A stretch of DNA of 64,000 nt, taken from IMG/VR virus record IMGVR_UViG_3300016476_000987, one strand, 5' to 3'. Positions 54,117-62,194 of the stretch are shown here, piece by piece. The first letter of the stretch is position 1. Every line of letters begins with the position of its first letter. Source of the DNA: a virus. Lineage: Duplodnaviria; Heunggongvirae; Uroviricota; Caudoviricetes. Under the pieces are notes generated by a model. That model had not been told where the DNA came from and did no database searches. It saw nothing but the letters and a program-made list of their open reading frames with translations. A program made the position numbers and the translations under genes.

Positions 54117-54403
54117 TACTTTAATCTTTTTATGTGTCTTTTGATCCAGTAGGTTCTGGGTTTTAGTTTACCTACTGGGAAATAATAGAATTCTGAATTT
54201 TTAGGTGTCTTGTATTTTTCTATTAGGTTGGCCCATGAGAAGTAGTCTGGTGGATTATTATCGATATATTTGAGTAGTAAGTCTCCTTCCTCTTCTGTAA
54301 TTAGATCTTTATATACTAATCCATAGGTCCACCAACACATTCCTGTTTTGAACAGTTGTTTGTTATTGAGCATTATCTCTAGTAGTTCTTTGGTCGATCT
54401 CAT
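54116..54403 (-). CDS. hypothetical protein
   Basis: Start moved to MRSTKELLEIML (ATGA overlap with the upstream membrane-protein gene). The track start at 54493 would overlap that gene by 94 nt. Confidence 0.5.
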   Translation of the reverse strand: MRSTKELLEIMLNNKQLFKTGMCWWTYGLVYKDLITEEEGDLLLKYIDNNPPDYFSWANLIEKYKTPKNSEFYYFPVGKLKPRTYWIKRHIKRLK

Positions 54404-54600
54404 GGAAGATATTTTGTAATTAGGTGAATGATTGTTGGTATTAATATAGATACTAGTATTATCGATAGTAATACAAAGATCATACTTTGCCAAAAAGGTA
54501 TATTGTTATGAAATGGATCAAATGTTCCTTCTGATAACTTTTTTATTCTGAAGTATAATATTATCTTTCCTAGGATTAGTAGTACTGTTAGTGATATCAT
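54400..54600 (-). CDS. small two-TM membrane protein
   Basis: MISLTVLLILGKIILYF and MIFVLLSIILVSILIPTII. Confidence 0.5.
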   Translation of the reverse strand: MISLTVLLILGKIILYFRIKKLSEGTFDPFHNNIPFWQSMIFVLLSIILVSILIPTIIHLITKYLP

Positions 54601-54920
54601 TGTTTAGGTTTTATTGTTTTAAATAAATTATCGATTTTTCTATGTCCATGTGACCACCTCCACACTCTACCCATACCTTGAATATGGTATTTGGATAAGA
54701 AGCTAAGCGGTATATGTTTAGATATAAATTTAAAATCCCAAGGATTGTGAAAAGAAATAATGTCCTTATTAAAAGGATTTAATTCAAAGTTGCCATCTCT
54801 CTTATCAAGATATTCTTCGACATCTTCTTCTGTTATAAAGGAACCATAGACAGTAAATAAAGATAGTTCAATCATTCCTATTAATGTAATTATAAAGCCT
54901 AAGATTTCTATTGTATTCAT
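54597..54920 (-). CDS. membrane-anchored hypothetical protein
   Basis: N-terminal TM ILGFIITLIGMIELSLFTVYG. Confidence 0.5.
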   Translation of the reverse strand: MNTIEILGFIITLIGMIELSLFTVYGSFITEEDVEEYLDKRDGNFELNPFNKDIISFHNPWDFKFISKHIPLSFLSKYHIQGMGRVWRWSHGHRKIDNLFKTIKPKQ

Positions 54921-55438
54921 GACTTGAGTTTTAGTTTACCATTAACGAATTCAACTTCCCACTCTGTTTTGGGTTGGAGAGCTTGAATAATTTCCTCAAT
55001 AGAATGCTCTTGATGATGTCTTGCCTCATACAAAGCCCATTGCATATCTTCCTCTGTATATTTCTTCTCCTTATTGTCTTCAAGAGCTTGGTTATAACCT
55101 TTTCTAACTCCATTTTCAAAATCATAATTTCCACCAACATATAATTCTAACCCCATTTTTAATGATAATTCTTCAACTTTATTCACCTCACCAATAAGTT
55201 CTTTCACTTCTGATAATAGAAGAGGCAGTACTGATTGCATCCAACCGGTACCTAAGGATTCTGGTTGTGTTGAACAGATGATCTTCTTCTGTCTTAGTTT
55301 ATCTATATCATTCAGGGTGTGGATTGTAAACAAATCATACTTACCTGTCAGTAACCTCTCTGCTACTATATCTCCGATATTAATTTCTGAATCATCTGCC
55401 ACTATATAGTGGTCCTCAGACAGTTTTATTAGTGTCAT
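54917..55438 (-). CDS. hypothetical protein
   Basis: 173-aa ORF. Confidence 0.55.
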   Translation of the reverse strand: MTLIKLSEDHYIVADDSEINIGDIVAERLLTGKYDLFTIHTLNDIDKLRQKKIICSTQPESLGTGWMQSVLPLLLSEVKELIGEVNKVEELSLKMGLELYVGGNYDFENGVRKGYNQALEDNKEKKYTEEDMQWALYEARHHQEHSIEEIIQALQPKTEWEVEFVNGKLKLKS

Positions 55439-55452
55439 TGTTCTGATTGTAA

Positions 55453-55651
55453 TTAATCTTGCTCATTATATTTAATACCATCACCTTCTACAAGCACATC
55501 ATCTGCTATTTTAGACAGTAAATCAGGAGCATAAATGATGGCATTATCACTTTGCATTATGCATTCCCCAACTCCATATACTTCAAAGTATTTTGTAAGC
55601 ATTTCTATTGCTTTGTCTTTTTTTTTCTTCTGTCCAAGTAATTGTGTACAT
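55453..55651 (-). other. two short out-of-frame ORFs joined by an A9 tract (frameshifted gene, slippage site, or a 49-aa gene starting at 55602)
   Basis: The ATG at 55651 opens a 22-codon frame that runs through GAAG-A9-GAC. The other frame reads ..KDKAIEMLTKYFEVYGVGECIMQSDN...KYNEQD and stops at 55453. An A8 tract would fuse the two frames. Confidence 0.4.
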
Positions 55652-55666
55652 AGTTGTTTAATTTAA

Positions 55667-55969
55667 TTAGTCTTTTACAGGTTCCCAATATGTTTCAGTA
55701 ATTACCCTCTCTCTTTTCTCCACTCTTGTTAATTCTTGTATTTCATTTTTATCCCAATCAAATTCTGACCAAATATATGGATTGGTCTCCCAATAACCAT
55801 CGAGTTCTCTTGGTACTTCTGGACACCACCTTTCATTTATTGTTACAATAGAACTCATATAGAATGTCGATCCTTTACGATGCTCTTGCTTGCTTGTTTC
55901 CATATCCTCCAAAAGAATGTCAAAATCAAAACCTATTTCTTTTGCTGTCTGTCTTGTAATCTTGTTCAT
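55667..55969 (-). CDS. hypothetical protein
   Basis: 100-aa ORF. Confidence 0.55.
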   Translation of the reverse strand: MNKITRQTAKEIGFDFDILLEDMETSKQEHRKGSTFYMSSIVTINERWCPEVPRELDGYWETNPYIWSEFDWDKNEIQELTRVEKRERVITETYWEPVKD

Positions 55970-56005
55970 TTGTTTATTTTTTACTGGTTTGTGATACTAT
56001 TAGTA

Positions 56006-56191
56006 TCAATAATATTTGTCAATCCAATCTGCTGTTATTGTAAGAAAATTTACTAAAACAGTTGCTGGAAGCCACCAAATAAGATATAGAAAAATAAGCC
56101 AATAGTTGTCTTTATATATTGACAGTCCAATTGGAAATAACCAAATAAGAATCATCAACAAAAGAATAAGTAGTAGGATTAGTTTTTTCAT
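56006..56191 (-). CDS. small membrane protein
   Basis: 61 aa, almost entirely hydrophobic (LILLLILLLMILIWLFPIGL...). Confidence 0.5.
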   Translation of the reverse strand: MKKLILLLILLLMILIWLFPIGLSIYKDNYWLIFLYLIWWLPATVLVNFLTITADWIDKYY

Positions 56192-56457
56192 TGCTTTGCT
56201 TTTAGAAATTCTTGGAATAGTGTTTTACCTGAATATTCACTTAACCCAAAGTTATTTGTCCAATTTCCTGAGTTCAATTTGAGAAATTCTGCATTCCCAA
56301 GCCATTCAGCAAACTCAATAGCAATTTGTTCTGTAACTTTTTCTGATTCCATCGCAGCAGAATTAATGCCTGATAAGTATGGATATCCATTATCAGGGTA
56401 ATCTAGATAAATTGTAGAATTCATAATATCACGATGCATTTCATGTATTTTACTCAT
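56188..56457 (-). CDS. hypothetical protein
   Basis: 89-aa ORF with an ATGA overlap. Confidence 0.5.
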   Translation of the reverse strand: MSKIHEMHRDIMNSTIYLDYPDNGYPYLSGINSAAMESEKVTEQIAIEFAEWLGNAEFLKLNSGNWTNNFGLSEYSGKTLFQEFLKAKQ

Positions 56458-56722
56458 TGTTTTGTTTTTCTTGTTTTATTATATTAGCTGTGTATTCGTT
56501 GAGTTGTTCTGGTGTAAATACAAATACTTCTTGTGGTTTAAGCCAATAAGCGACTTGAGCTAATATTTGATGCTCATCTTCACATTGAAATTCATCATCA
56601 TCAATTTTATAAATATTTCCTACAAGTAAATCATTTGAAATATTTATACATATAACCTCTTTTTCAGGCAATTCATCTTCTACTTTTACAGGTAAATAAA
56701 CTGTTTGTTTAGTAGGTGTCAT
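56450..56722 (-). CDS. DUF551-like small protein
   Basis: DELPEKE...VAYWLKPQE, resembling the DUF551 pattern (..THWMPLPxPP). Confidence 0.45.
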   Translation of the reverse strand: MTPTKQTVYLPVKVEDELPEKEVICINISNDLLVGNIYKIDDDEFQCEDEHQILAQVAYWLKPQEVFVFTPEQLNEYTANIIKQEKQNNE

Positions 56723-56970
56723 AGCTCAGAAAGTTTTTGTTCAAGTATTATTATTTGTTGTTTTATTTTATTGCCAAGTAAATCACCATTAGGTTGTTCA
56801 ATTACTTTTAATAAACCAATAGCAAATTGTAGTTTTTGTTTTTCAATCCAATTACTTGTTGCTCCTGCTATAAACCCTTCATTGAACGCTAAATATTTTT
56901 CACCCAATGGTTTACCATAATACGCATATCCATTAGCTTTTTCTGCTTCTAATTCAAGTTCTTTGTTCAT
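56719..56970 (-). CDS. hypothetical protein
   Basis: 83-aa ORF. Confidence 0.5.
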   Translation of the reverse strand: MNKELELEAEKANGYAYYGKPLGEKYLAFNEGFIAGATSNWIEKQKLQFAIGLLKVIEQPNGDLLGNKIKQQIIILEQKLSEL

Positions 56971-57286
56971 TGTTATACCAAATTAAAAATTGATTAATTG
57001 CTTCTACTACTGCTTCTTTTGCAGATTTACCTAACAGAGCTTGTACTTCTCTTTTTAAAGTAGAATGTGTTGTATCTCCTCCTTGTTTTGGATTTTGAGT
57101 TTTATTAATAGCCTCAACTACTTCCATTATCCAGTTCCAATCTGAATGGAATTTTAAATCAATAGATTCTACAAAAGAATATTGACGAAGCATGTCTTCA
57201 TTCCATCTATCTTTTTCTTCACTATATTTCCAACCTAAAAACTCAGCACATCTTTTATTATATTCAAGTGTTTCTTGTTCTGTCAT
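56954..57286 (-). CDS. phage ABA-sandwich-domain-like protein
   Basis: CAEFLGWKY...LKFHSDWNWIMEVVEAI matches, from memory, the FHSxWxWLMPVVEKI hallmark. Confidence 0.5.
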   Translation of the reverse strand: MTEQETLEYNKRCAEFLGWKYSEEKDRWNEDMLRQYSFVESIDLKFHSDWNWIMEVVEAINKTQNPKQGGDTTHSTLKREVQALLGKSAKEAVVEAINQFLIWYNNEQRT

Positions 57287-57289
57287 AAT

Positions 57290-57487
57290 TCACCTTTTAA
57301 AAAGTTTGACAAAGAATTTTAGCATATACTTTATTAGAATAAGAACCCAGAAAATACCATAAAACAACCAATCGTAAAAATTATCTATTTCAGGTATGGC
57401 ATCTTCTATGCCAAATGCAAGTGCTGTTATACCTAATACTGAAAGTGTAACTATAAAGTAAATTAATAATATTGTTTCTATTGTCAT
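57290..57487 (-). CDS. small two-TM membrane protein
   Basis: ILLIYFIVTLSVLGITALAF and FYGIFWVLILIKYML. Confidence 0.5.
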   Translation of the reverse strand: MTIETILLIYFIVTLSVLGITALAFGIEDAIPEIDNFYDWLFYGIFWVLILIKYMLKFFVKLFKR

Positions 57488-57490
57488 ACA

Positions 57491-58018
57491 TCAAGTTTTA
57501 AGTTTGTTTGGTTCTTCACTTGGAATGATTATTTTGTATTTTATATTTTCATGTGTGGGTATAAAATTACCTACTCTCATAAAACATCCTTTTTTACAAC
57601 TATAACCTCTTTTTACAATTTCTCCACATTCTCTACATTTTTGAGAGTAGTCTTCTTCTTTAATATCAACCTCTTTACAACTTGGATTCTTAACAAACCA
57701 TTCAAGGAATGTATCATCAATGGGTTGAACACCATCAACGATAAGTTGAAGGTCTGTTGTTAGAATTACTTTTTTCCAAAATTCATCAAATTCGTGACTG
57801 CAATTAAAAATAAGATTTTCATCTGCTTTCACAATATTTCCATTTTCATAAATTACCCAATCTCCTTCTTTAATTTCTGAATCATGAGTGATGTAGATGT
57901 GTTGGTTGATTCTACCCAAAGGAATTTCAATCCATTTGTTATTAAAACCTAAATTTCCATTAATGTCTTTAAATAAACTACTTGGTTTGTCTGTTGAAGT
58001 AACGTGTATATTTTTCAT
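57491..58018 (-). CDS. hypothetical protein with C-terminal Cys cluster
   Basis: CRECGEIVKRGYSCKKGC. Confidence 0.55.
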   Translation of the reverse strand: MKNIHVTSTDKPSSLFKDINGNLGFNNKWIEIPLGRINQHIYITHDSEIKEGDWVIYENGNIVKADENLIFNCSHEFDEFWKKVILTTDLQLIVDGVQPIDDTFLEWFVKNPSCKEVDIKEEDYSQKCRECGEIVKRGYSCKKGCFMRVGNFIPTHENIKYKIIIPSEEPNKLKT

Positions 58019-58296
58019 ATATCAAGTTTTAAGTTTGAGATGTATTCATTTTTATCTCCATCGTATTTATTTTCTATGTTTACATTAAAGCAAAACACGC
58101 CTCCAGCATCAAAAGCCTTTTCAATCTCAGGAATTAATGGTGTTGATTGAGATAGGATTTGTTTTAAAGAATTGATTTTACCTAAGTATAAAATGTCGTA
58201 GAAATCATCTTTTAGCTCTAGTAACCTTTCTTTTTCCAACTCTTCTATTCTTTTTTGAATAGCTGTCTTATTGACAATTATGTACTCGTTATTCAT
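58015..58296 (-). CDS. hypothetical protein
   Basis: 93-aa ORF. Confidence 0.5.
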   Translation of the reverse strand: MNNEYIIVNKTAIQKRIEELEKERLLELKDDFYDILYLGKINSLKQILSQSTPLIPEIEKAFDAGGVFCFNVNIENKYDGDKNEYISNLKLDI

Positions 58297-58639
58297 TCTC
58301 TTTATTTATTTTGTCTAAGTCTTCTAAGTCTTCCTTCAATCTTCTTAAGAAACTATCGTCTCCATCATCACCACTCAATAACCAGTCAATCCTATGAGCA
58401 TATATCTCAGCCATACGAAGTATCTTTACTGCCTCTTTGAACTTCTCAATAACTTCATTGGGGTATTCGTAATGATATAACTCGTCTGGATACTTCTCAT
58501 ACCAATCCGGTAAATTCCAAGACTCTTCTTTTAGTTCTTCGGCAGTCTTCTTCCTACCATTCTTTTCTATATGATACTCTATATCATCAGCAATGTCCCC
58601 TATCTTGTATTGGTTATAGTCAAATCTTCCTCCCGACAT
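58289..58639 (-). CDS. hypothetical protein
   Basis: 116-aa ORF starting MSGGRFDYNQYKIGDIADDIE. Confidence 0.55.
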   Translation of the reverse strand: MSGGRFDYNQYKIGDIADDIEYHIEKNGRKKTAEELKEESWNLPDWYEKYPDELYHYEYPNEVIEKFKEAVKILRMAEIYAHRIDWLLSGDDGDDSFLRRLKEDLEDLDKINKENE

Positions 58640-58653
58640 AGCAACCTCCTTTT

Positions 58654-58938
58654 TTAGTTATTTAATAATTTAGTATAAGTTTCGTTGTAGTATTGTTCGG
58701 CATCCTCAAACGCTTTTGTTGTGCATCCGTATGTTTTATTGTTCAAACATCTGTTGTGGACATGCGACATTATTATCTGCTCCTTCTCCATTTGTTTGGA
58801 TTTTTGAACCGTCTCTCTGATTTCATCCCACCTATGTAATGGTATTTCACCTATCAATTCCGTACTTAATTTTCTTACCAACCATTCTACTGCCGTTATA
58901 GATTTATCGGAATTTCCGATTTTTTTTTGCTGTGCCAT
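58654..58938 (-). CDS. TAVEW-family small protein, copy 5 (MAQQ start)
   Basis: MAQQKK...SITAVEWLVRKL...QKSKQMEKEQ...AEQYYNETYTK. Confidence 0.6.
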   Translation of the reverse strand: MAQQKKIGNSDKSITAVEWLVRKLSTELIGEIPLHRWDEIRETVQKSKQMEKEQIIMSHVHNRCLNNKTYGCTTKAFEDAEQYYNETYTKLLNN

Positions 58939-58942
58939 GTGT
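58926..58942 (-). repeat. start-codon box copy 5 (coding strand ACACATGGCACAGCAAA)
   Basis: + strand tttgctgtgccatgtgt; the ATG is the start of 58654..58938. Confidence 0.9.
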
Positions 58943-58953
58943 CAAATTTTAAT

Positions 58954-59145
58954 TTAATCTAAAAGGGGACATATCCAAATTGGGCAAATAATTAGCCAAC
59001 ACATAAACCTTTCTTGCAGGCTAACGGCTAAATTATCTTGACCAATTTCTCTGCAATCTTTTTTCCAAATAAAATAGAATGGGATAAAAAAAACAAATTG
59101 CAATGATATACATATTATATATGCTACTATTGTTTGCTGTGCCAT
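58954..59145 (-). CDS. small membrane protein (MAQQ start)
   Basis: MAQQTIVAYIICISLQFVFFIPFYFIW... Confidence 0.55.
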   Translation of the reverse strand: MAQQTIVAYIICISLQFVFFIPFYFIWKKDCREIGQDNLAVSLQERFMCWLIICPIWICPLLD

Positions 59146-59149
59146 GTTA
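59133..59149 (-). repeat. start-codon box copy 4 (TAACATGGCACAGCAAA)
   Basis: + strand tttgctgtgccatgtta; the ATG is the start of 58954..59145. Confidence 0.9.
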
Positions 59150-59386
59150 TTTGTTTAATATTTGATCTCTCATCCATTTAGCACCGTATAAAAAAGATAC
59201 TCTTTCCTTAGGCCAGTCTGAAAATCCAAAAGATTTTTCTTCTATCTCCTCATCACTTGGTAGTTTAACTGGTCTAACATATTCATCGATGTATTCCATA
59301 ATATGTTTAGCATCAATCATAGACACCTCGCATCTCTCCGCTGCATGTAAAAACATTTCTTTTGTGTATAGTTTTTGCTGTGCCAT
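59147..59386 (-). CDS. hypothetical protein (MAQQ start)
   Basis: 79-aa ORF starting MAQQKLYTKEMF. Confidence 0.55.
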   Translation of the reverse strand: MAQQKLYTKEMFLHAAERCEVSMIDAKHIMEYIDEYVRPVKLPSDEEIEEKSFGFSDWPKERVSFLYGAKWMRDQILNK

Positions 59387-59390
59387 GTGT
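59374..59390 (-). repeat. start-codon box copy 3 (ACACATGGCACAGCAAA)
   Basis: + strand tttgctgtgccatgtgt; the ATG is the start of 59147..59386. Confidence 0.9.
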
Positions 59391-59393
59391 TAT

Positions 59394-59606
59394 TTAATTT
59401 ATTGGTTCGTCAGGAAGTGTTGTCCAATGGGTTACATCATCTAAAAAATTTTCAGATGATTCACTATAAAATCCTTTAACATCATCGTAATATTCAGCCA
59501 CTAACCAACGACTGTTTTTTGGAAAACTTTTTGGTGCGTAAACTAAAAAACTTCCATGTTCAACGTTTGGTAATTTTTCTTTCACACTAAATATTTGTTG
59601 TGCCAT
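59394..59606 (-). CDS. DUF551-like small protein (MAQQ start)
   Basis: MAQQIFSVKEKLP...VTHWTTLPDEP. Confidence 0.55.
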   Translation of the reverse strand: MAQQIFSVKEKLPNVEHGSFLVYAPKSFPKNSRWLVAEYYDDVKGFYSESSENFLDDVTHWTTLPDEPIN

Positions 59607-59610
59607 GTGT
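59594..59610 (-). repeat. start-codon box copy 2 (ACACATGGCACAACAAA)
   Basis: + strand tttgttgtgccatgtgt; the ATG is the start of 59394..59606. Confidence 0.9.
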
Positions 59611-59837
59611 TACAATATTTCTATCTCTTGTTTAACTTGTCTCCAATAATCAATCAAATCCAATAGTATATTACCTCTCACATCCACATCTCTAATATCC
59701 ATACTTAGAGTGTTAATTATCTCATCCACAGCTATTAATGCATAATTTTTAGTTCTGTCAACATACCATTGACTTCCTGCAATTTGATACTTATCAAATA
59801 ACTCTTTTGCTTTTTCTTTAGGTGTTTGCTGTGCCAT
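59610..59837 (-). CDS. hypothetical protein (MAQQ start), paralog of 53883..54116
   Basis: MAQQTPKEKAKELFD...ALIAVDEII...YWRQVKQEIEIL. Confidence 0.55.
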   Translation of the reverse strand: MAQQTPKEKAKELFDKYQIAGSQWYVDRTKNYALIAVDEIINTLSMDIRDVDVRGNILLDLIDYWRQVKQEIEIL

Positions 59838-59841
59838 ATGT
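59825..59841 (-). repeat. start-codon box copy 1 (ACATATGGCACAGCAAA)
   Basis: + strand tttgctgtgccatatgt; the ATG is the start of 59610..59837. Confidence 0.9.
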
Positions 59842-59903
59842 TTGTTTTTATCGCCTATTCATGGAATAATTTACAATTATCGCCTTAGAATATTACAGGT
59901 ATA

Positions 59904-59939
59904 AAACCGGACTCCATATAAAGTTATGAAGTCCGGTTT
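59904..59939 (-). terminator. intrinsic terminator after the DUF932-like gene
   Basis: A 10-bp stem AAACCGGACT / AGTCCGGTTT with a 16-nt loop. Read on the - strand, ACCGGACT..AGTCCGGT is followed by TTTTAT. It lies 14 nt downstream of the 59953 stop. Confidence 0.6.
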
Positions 59940-59952
59940 AAATTATAAAATC

Positions 59953-60936
59953 TTACTTAACCATTTCCAAAGCAAGATCAAAGGCTTTGCTGATCTTAGC
60001 AGCAGCCGTACCATAGTTAAGGTCTTTCATCCTCTGCTCAGCATTCTTATAGTCTTTGATGTGAGTATAATATCCGGAGATAGAATTATAAGCTCCCCAC
60101 AAAGTCTTATAAGCCGCCTCTGTTCTCTGAGTAGAATGAGTCATTGCAAAGTCAAAGACGGTGTCTGTAGTATTCTTAAGCTTAGTAGACAGCTCTTTAG
60201 CCTCAGCGCTTACAACTTCTCTTTCAACTTTCATGGCATTAGTAATAAACTCTTTGAACTCAAAGTCAGACAGTCTCTTCTGACTCATTCGATCAAAGAT
60301 AGTATTCACCTCTGTCATATACTTAGAAGCGATTCCCATGACCCTAGAAGCCTCTTTTAGCTTGCTTTCAGCAGATGCTGTGTGAGAGATGCTGACCTTA
60401 TTATCAAGGCCCTTAAGAGCTGCCTGGAGGGTGTTATTACACACTACTCGAATGGATGTAAACCCTGCAATAATAGTGGTAGATCCATCGTGAGAGTTAG
60501 TAAGAATAATATACTTCTCTACCTTTTCCCCATGGACCAACATATCTTCCGGAAGTTTGGCAGTAACGAAGATCTTCTCTCCGAGTCCCAAAGCACCGGC
60601 AGTCTCGAAGATAGCCTCACCCTGATCAATGATAGAGTCAAAGAAACCAAAAGCATCTTGATTCTGTACGATAGTGTACCTACCTTTAACAATTCCGAGA
60701 GGACTTCCGGTATCAGTCCTAACAGTAGAGAAGTGACCAGGAACCTCAACCAATCCTTTAGAAGGATCGTTTACATACAGAGGTCTTTTCTCTACTCTAT
60801 AGTCAAGACCACCGAGTCGGATAGCCTCCTCAGCTGTCATTGCTTTGTCAACATACTGGCCAAGACCATGCCATGCTTTTTCTCCTTTAGCTACGAAAGA
60901 CCATTTGTCGTTTGAGAAATTCAGATTGTGAGCCAT
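59953..60936 (-). CDS. DUF932 / phage-plasmid TIGR03299-like protein
   Basis: MAHNLNF...KAWHGLGQYVDKAMTAEEAIRLGGLDYRVEKRPLYV matches the family's N-terminal signature as I remember it. Confidence 0.7.
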   Translation of the reverse strand: MAHNLNFSNDKWSFVAKGEKAWHGLGQYVDKAMTAEEAIRLGGLDYRVEKRPLYVNDPSKGLVEVPGHFSTVRTDTGSPLGIVKGRYTIVQNQDAFGFFDSIIDQGEAIFETAGALGLGEKIFVTAKLPEDMLVHGEKVEKYIILTNSHDGSTTIIAGFTSIRVVCNNTLQAALKGLDNKVSISHTASAESKLKEASRVMGIASKYMTEVNTIFDRMSQKRLSDFEFKEFITNAMKVEREVVSAEAKELSTKLKNTTDTVFDFAMTHSTQRTEAAYKTLWGAYNSISGYYTHIKDYKNAEQRMKDLNYGTAAAKISKAFDLALEMVK

Positions 60937-60962
60937 AACTGTTTGATTTTAAATGTTGTTTT

Positions 60963-61226
60963 TTATTTTTTACTAGGCAATGCTTCAATATCAGCTAACG
61001 TCTTTTCTACATCTTTTGTACTCAGATACCCTAGTACATCACTAGTAACAGGAGTATCATATGTTATATTGCCTCCATCAAGTACAGCAATCTCATACAA
61101 TCCTTCTGGGCCTCCATAACTAAATGGGTGGCATATAATGGAAGCTCCATATCCATTAGGAAATACTACGATTGCTTGCACTCCTCCATGCCGCTCAAGC
61201 TTAAATACTAAATCATCAAATTTCAT
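60963..61226 (-). CDS. hypothetical protein
   Basis: 87-aa ORF (..FPNGYGASIICHPFSYGGPEGLYEIAV..). Confidence 0.55.
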   Translation of the reverse strand: MKFDDLVFKLERHGGVQAIVVFPNGYGASIICHPFSYGGPEGLYEIAVLDGGNITYDTPVTSDVLGYLSTKDVEKTLADIEALPSKK

Positions 61227-61255
61227 ATCTCTTATTTTTACAAATATATGAATTA

Positions 61256-61969
61256 TTATTTCTTTTTAGAGTATCCTCTGATACCTTTTTTTCTAAGATT
61301 TGATAGAGCTTGGGAGGCTTCTGACCCGCTCTTCTGTGTGCCATGAATAAGGAGAGCAAAGCTTTCTCCTTTATTATAGGCATAACTGTCATCGTGATCA
61401 ATCTCCAACTGTAGGTTTGTAGCTTCTTCTTCGGTGAAGACGACCCTAGCATTCTTTAAGTTATTGAGAGTCACTACTTTATCTCCTGCTCCTCCCATTG
61501 AAGCAGTCAATTCAAAATTACCTGGGATAGAATCCTTTCTAGCCAGCCAGTAGTTTACGCTTTTCGTATAGGCATAAAATTTAATATGTTTAAAATTCGT
61601 TGCTACCTCCATCCAAGCATCAAAGTAATCTTGATTAAAGAAGTCCCCTGATACATGCACTCTAACTATCTGTGCTTTCTTAGGAAGGCTTTCCATAATC
61701 AAGTTACGCATACCTTCCTTTGTTTTCCTGGCCCGTAACAGATCGTAATTCTTCCACCTGGATGCTCTAGTGGAAGCATACAACGCTTCTGCTGAGGCTG
61801 AGAAACACCTGAACTTTTGGAATCTACCGTCTGTTATCTTACCGGTATGTCGATCTGCTGATGCTTGACACTCGTAAGCAAAGGGACAACTGTGTCCTGC
61901 CGGTAAAGAGAAGGTAAGAATCTTCTTCTCTAGCTTAGCGTTTCCTTTCTGGAATCTTAGTTTTTCCAT
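61256..61969 (-). CDS. GP88-family-like protein
   Basis: FQKGNAKLEKKILTFSLPAGHSCPFAYEC resembles the GP88 N-terminal pattern (GNxKL..FSLPA..TCP.A..C). Confidence 0.55.
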   Translation of the reverse strand: MEKLRFQKGNAKLEKKILTFSLPAGHSCPFAYECQASADRHTGKITDGRFQKFRCFSASAEALYASTRASRWKNYDLLRARKTKEGMRNLIMESLPKKAQIVRVHVSGDFFNQDYFDAWMEVATNFKHIKFYAYTKSVNYWLARKDSIPGNFELTASMGGAGDKVVTLNNLKNARVVFTEEEATNLQLEIDHDDSYAYNKGESFALLIHGTQKSGSEASQALSNLRKKGIRGYSKKK

Positions 61970-62012
61970 CTATTTGTTTTTACTTGTTTACCAATGTGGA
62001 AGCTCAAGTGTG

Positions 62013-62180
62013 TTAGCTAAAATACACTTCGTAAACGGACACATACTCAAAGTTAATACCCGGGTAGATGTTTACTCGCTTACAACCTATAGGTCTAGTC
62101 CCGTATTTTTTCTCAGCGGTATCAAATACTTGATCGTTTGTGTACTCATTGTTCCGGGAAATCATTGTTACATAATTCAT
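62013..62180 (-). CDS. small hypothetical protein (55 aa, below track cutoff)
   Basis: MNYVTMISRNNEYTNDQVFDTAEKKYGTRPIGCKRVNIYPGINFEYVSVYEVYFS. Fills the gap between - strand genes. The + strand ORF 61974..62351 over this region looks spurious. Confidence 0.45.
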   Translation of the reverse strand: MNYVTMISRNNEYTNDQVFDTAEKKYGTRPIGCKRVNIYPGINFEYVSVYEVYFS

Positions 62181-62194
62181 AATCTTGATTTTTA

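Noticed and set aside
55992-56008. 17-bp perfect palindrome TGATACTA-T-TAGTATCA between genes 56006..56191 and 55667..55969, considered as a terminator.
   Set aside because: A 1-nt loop cannot form a hairpin terminator, and there is no U-run. It might be a protein-binding site, but there is no supporting context, so it is not called.
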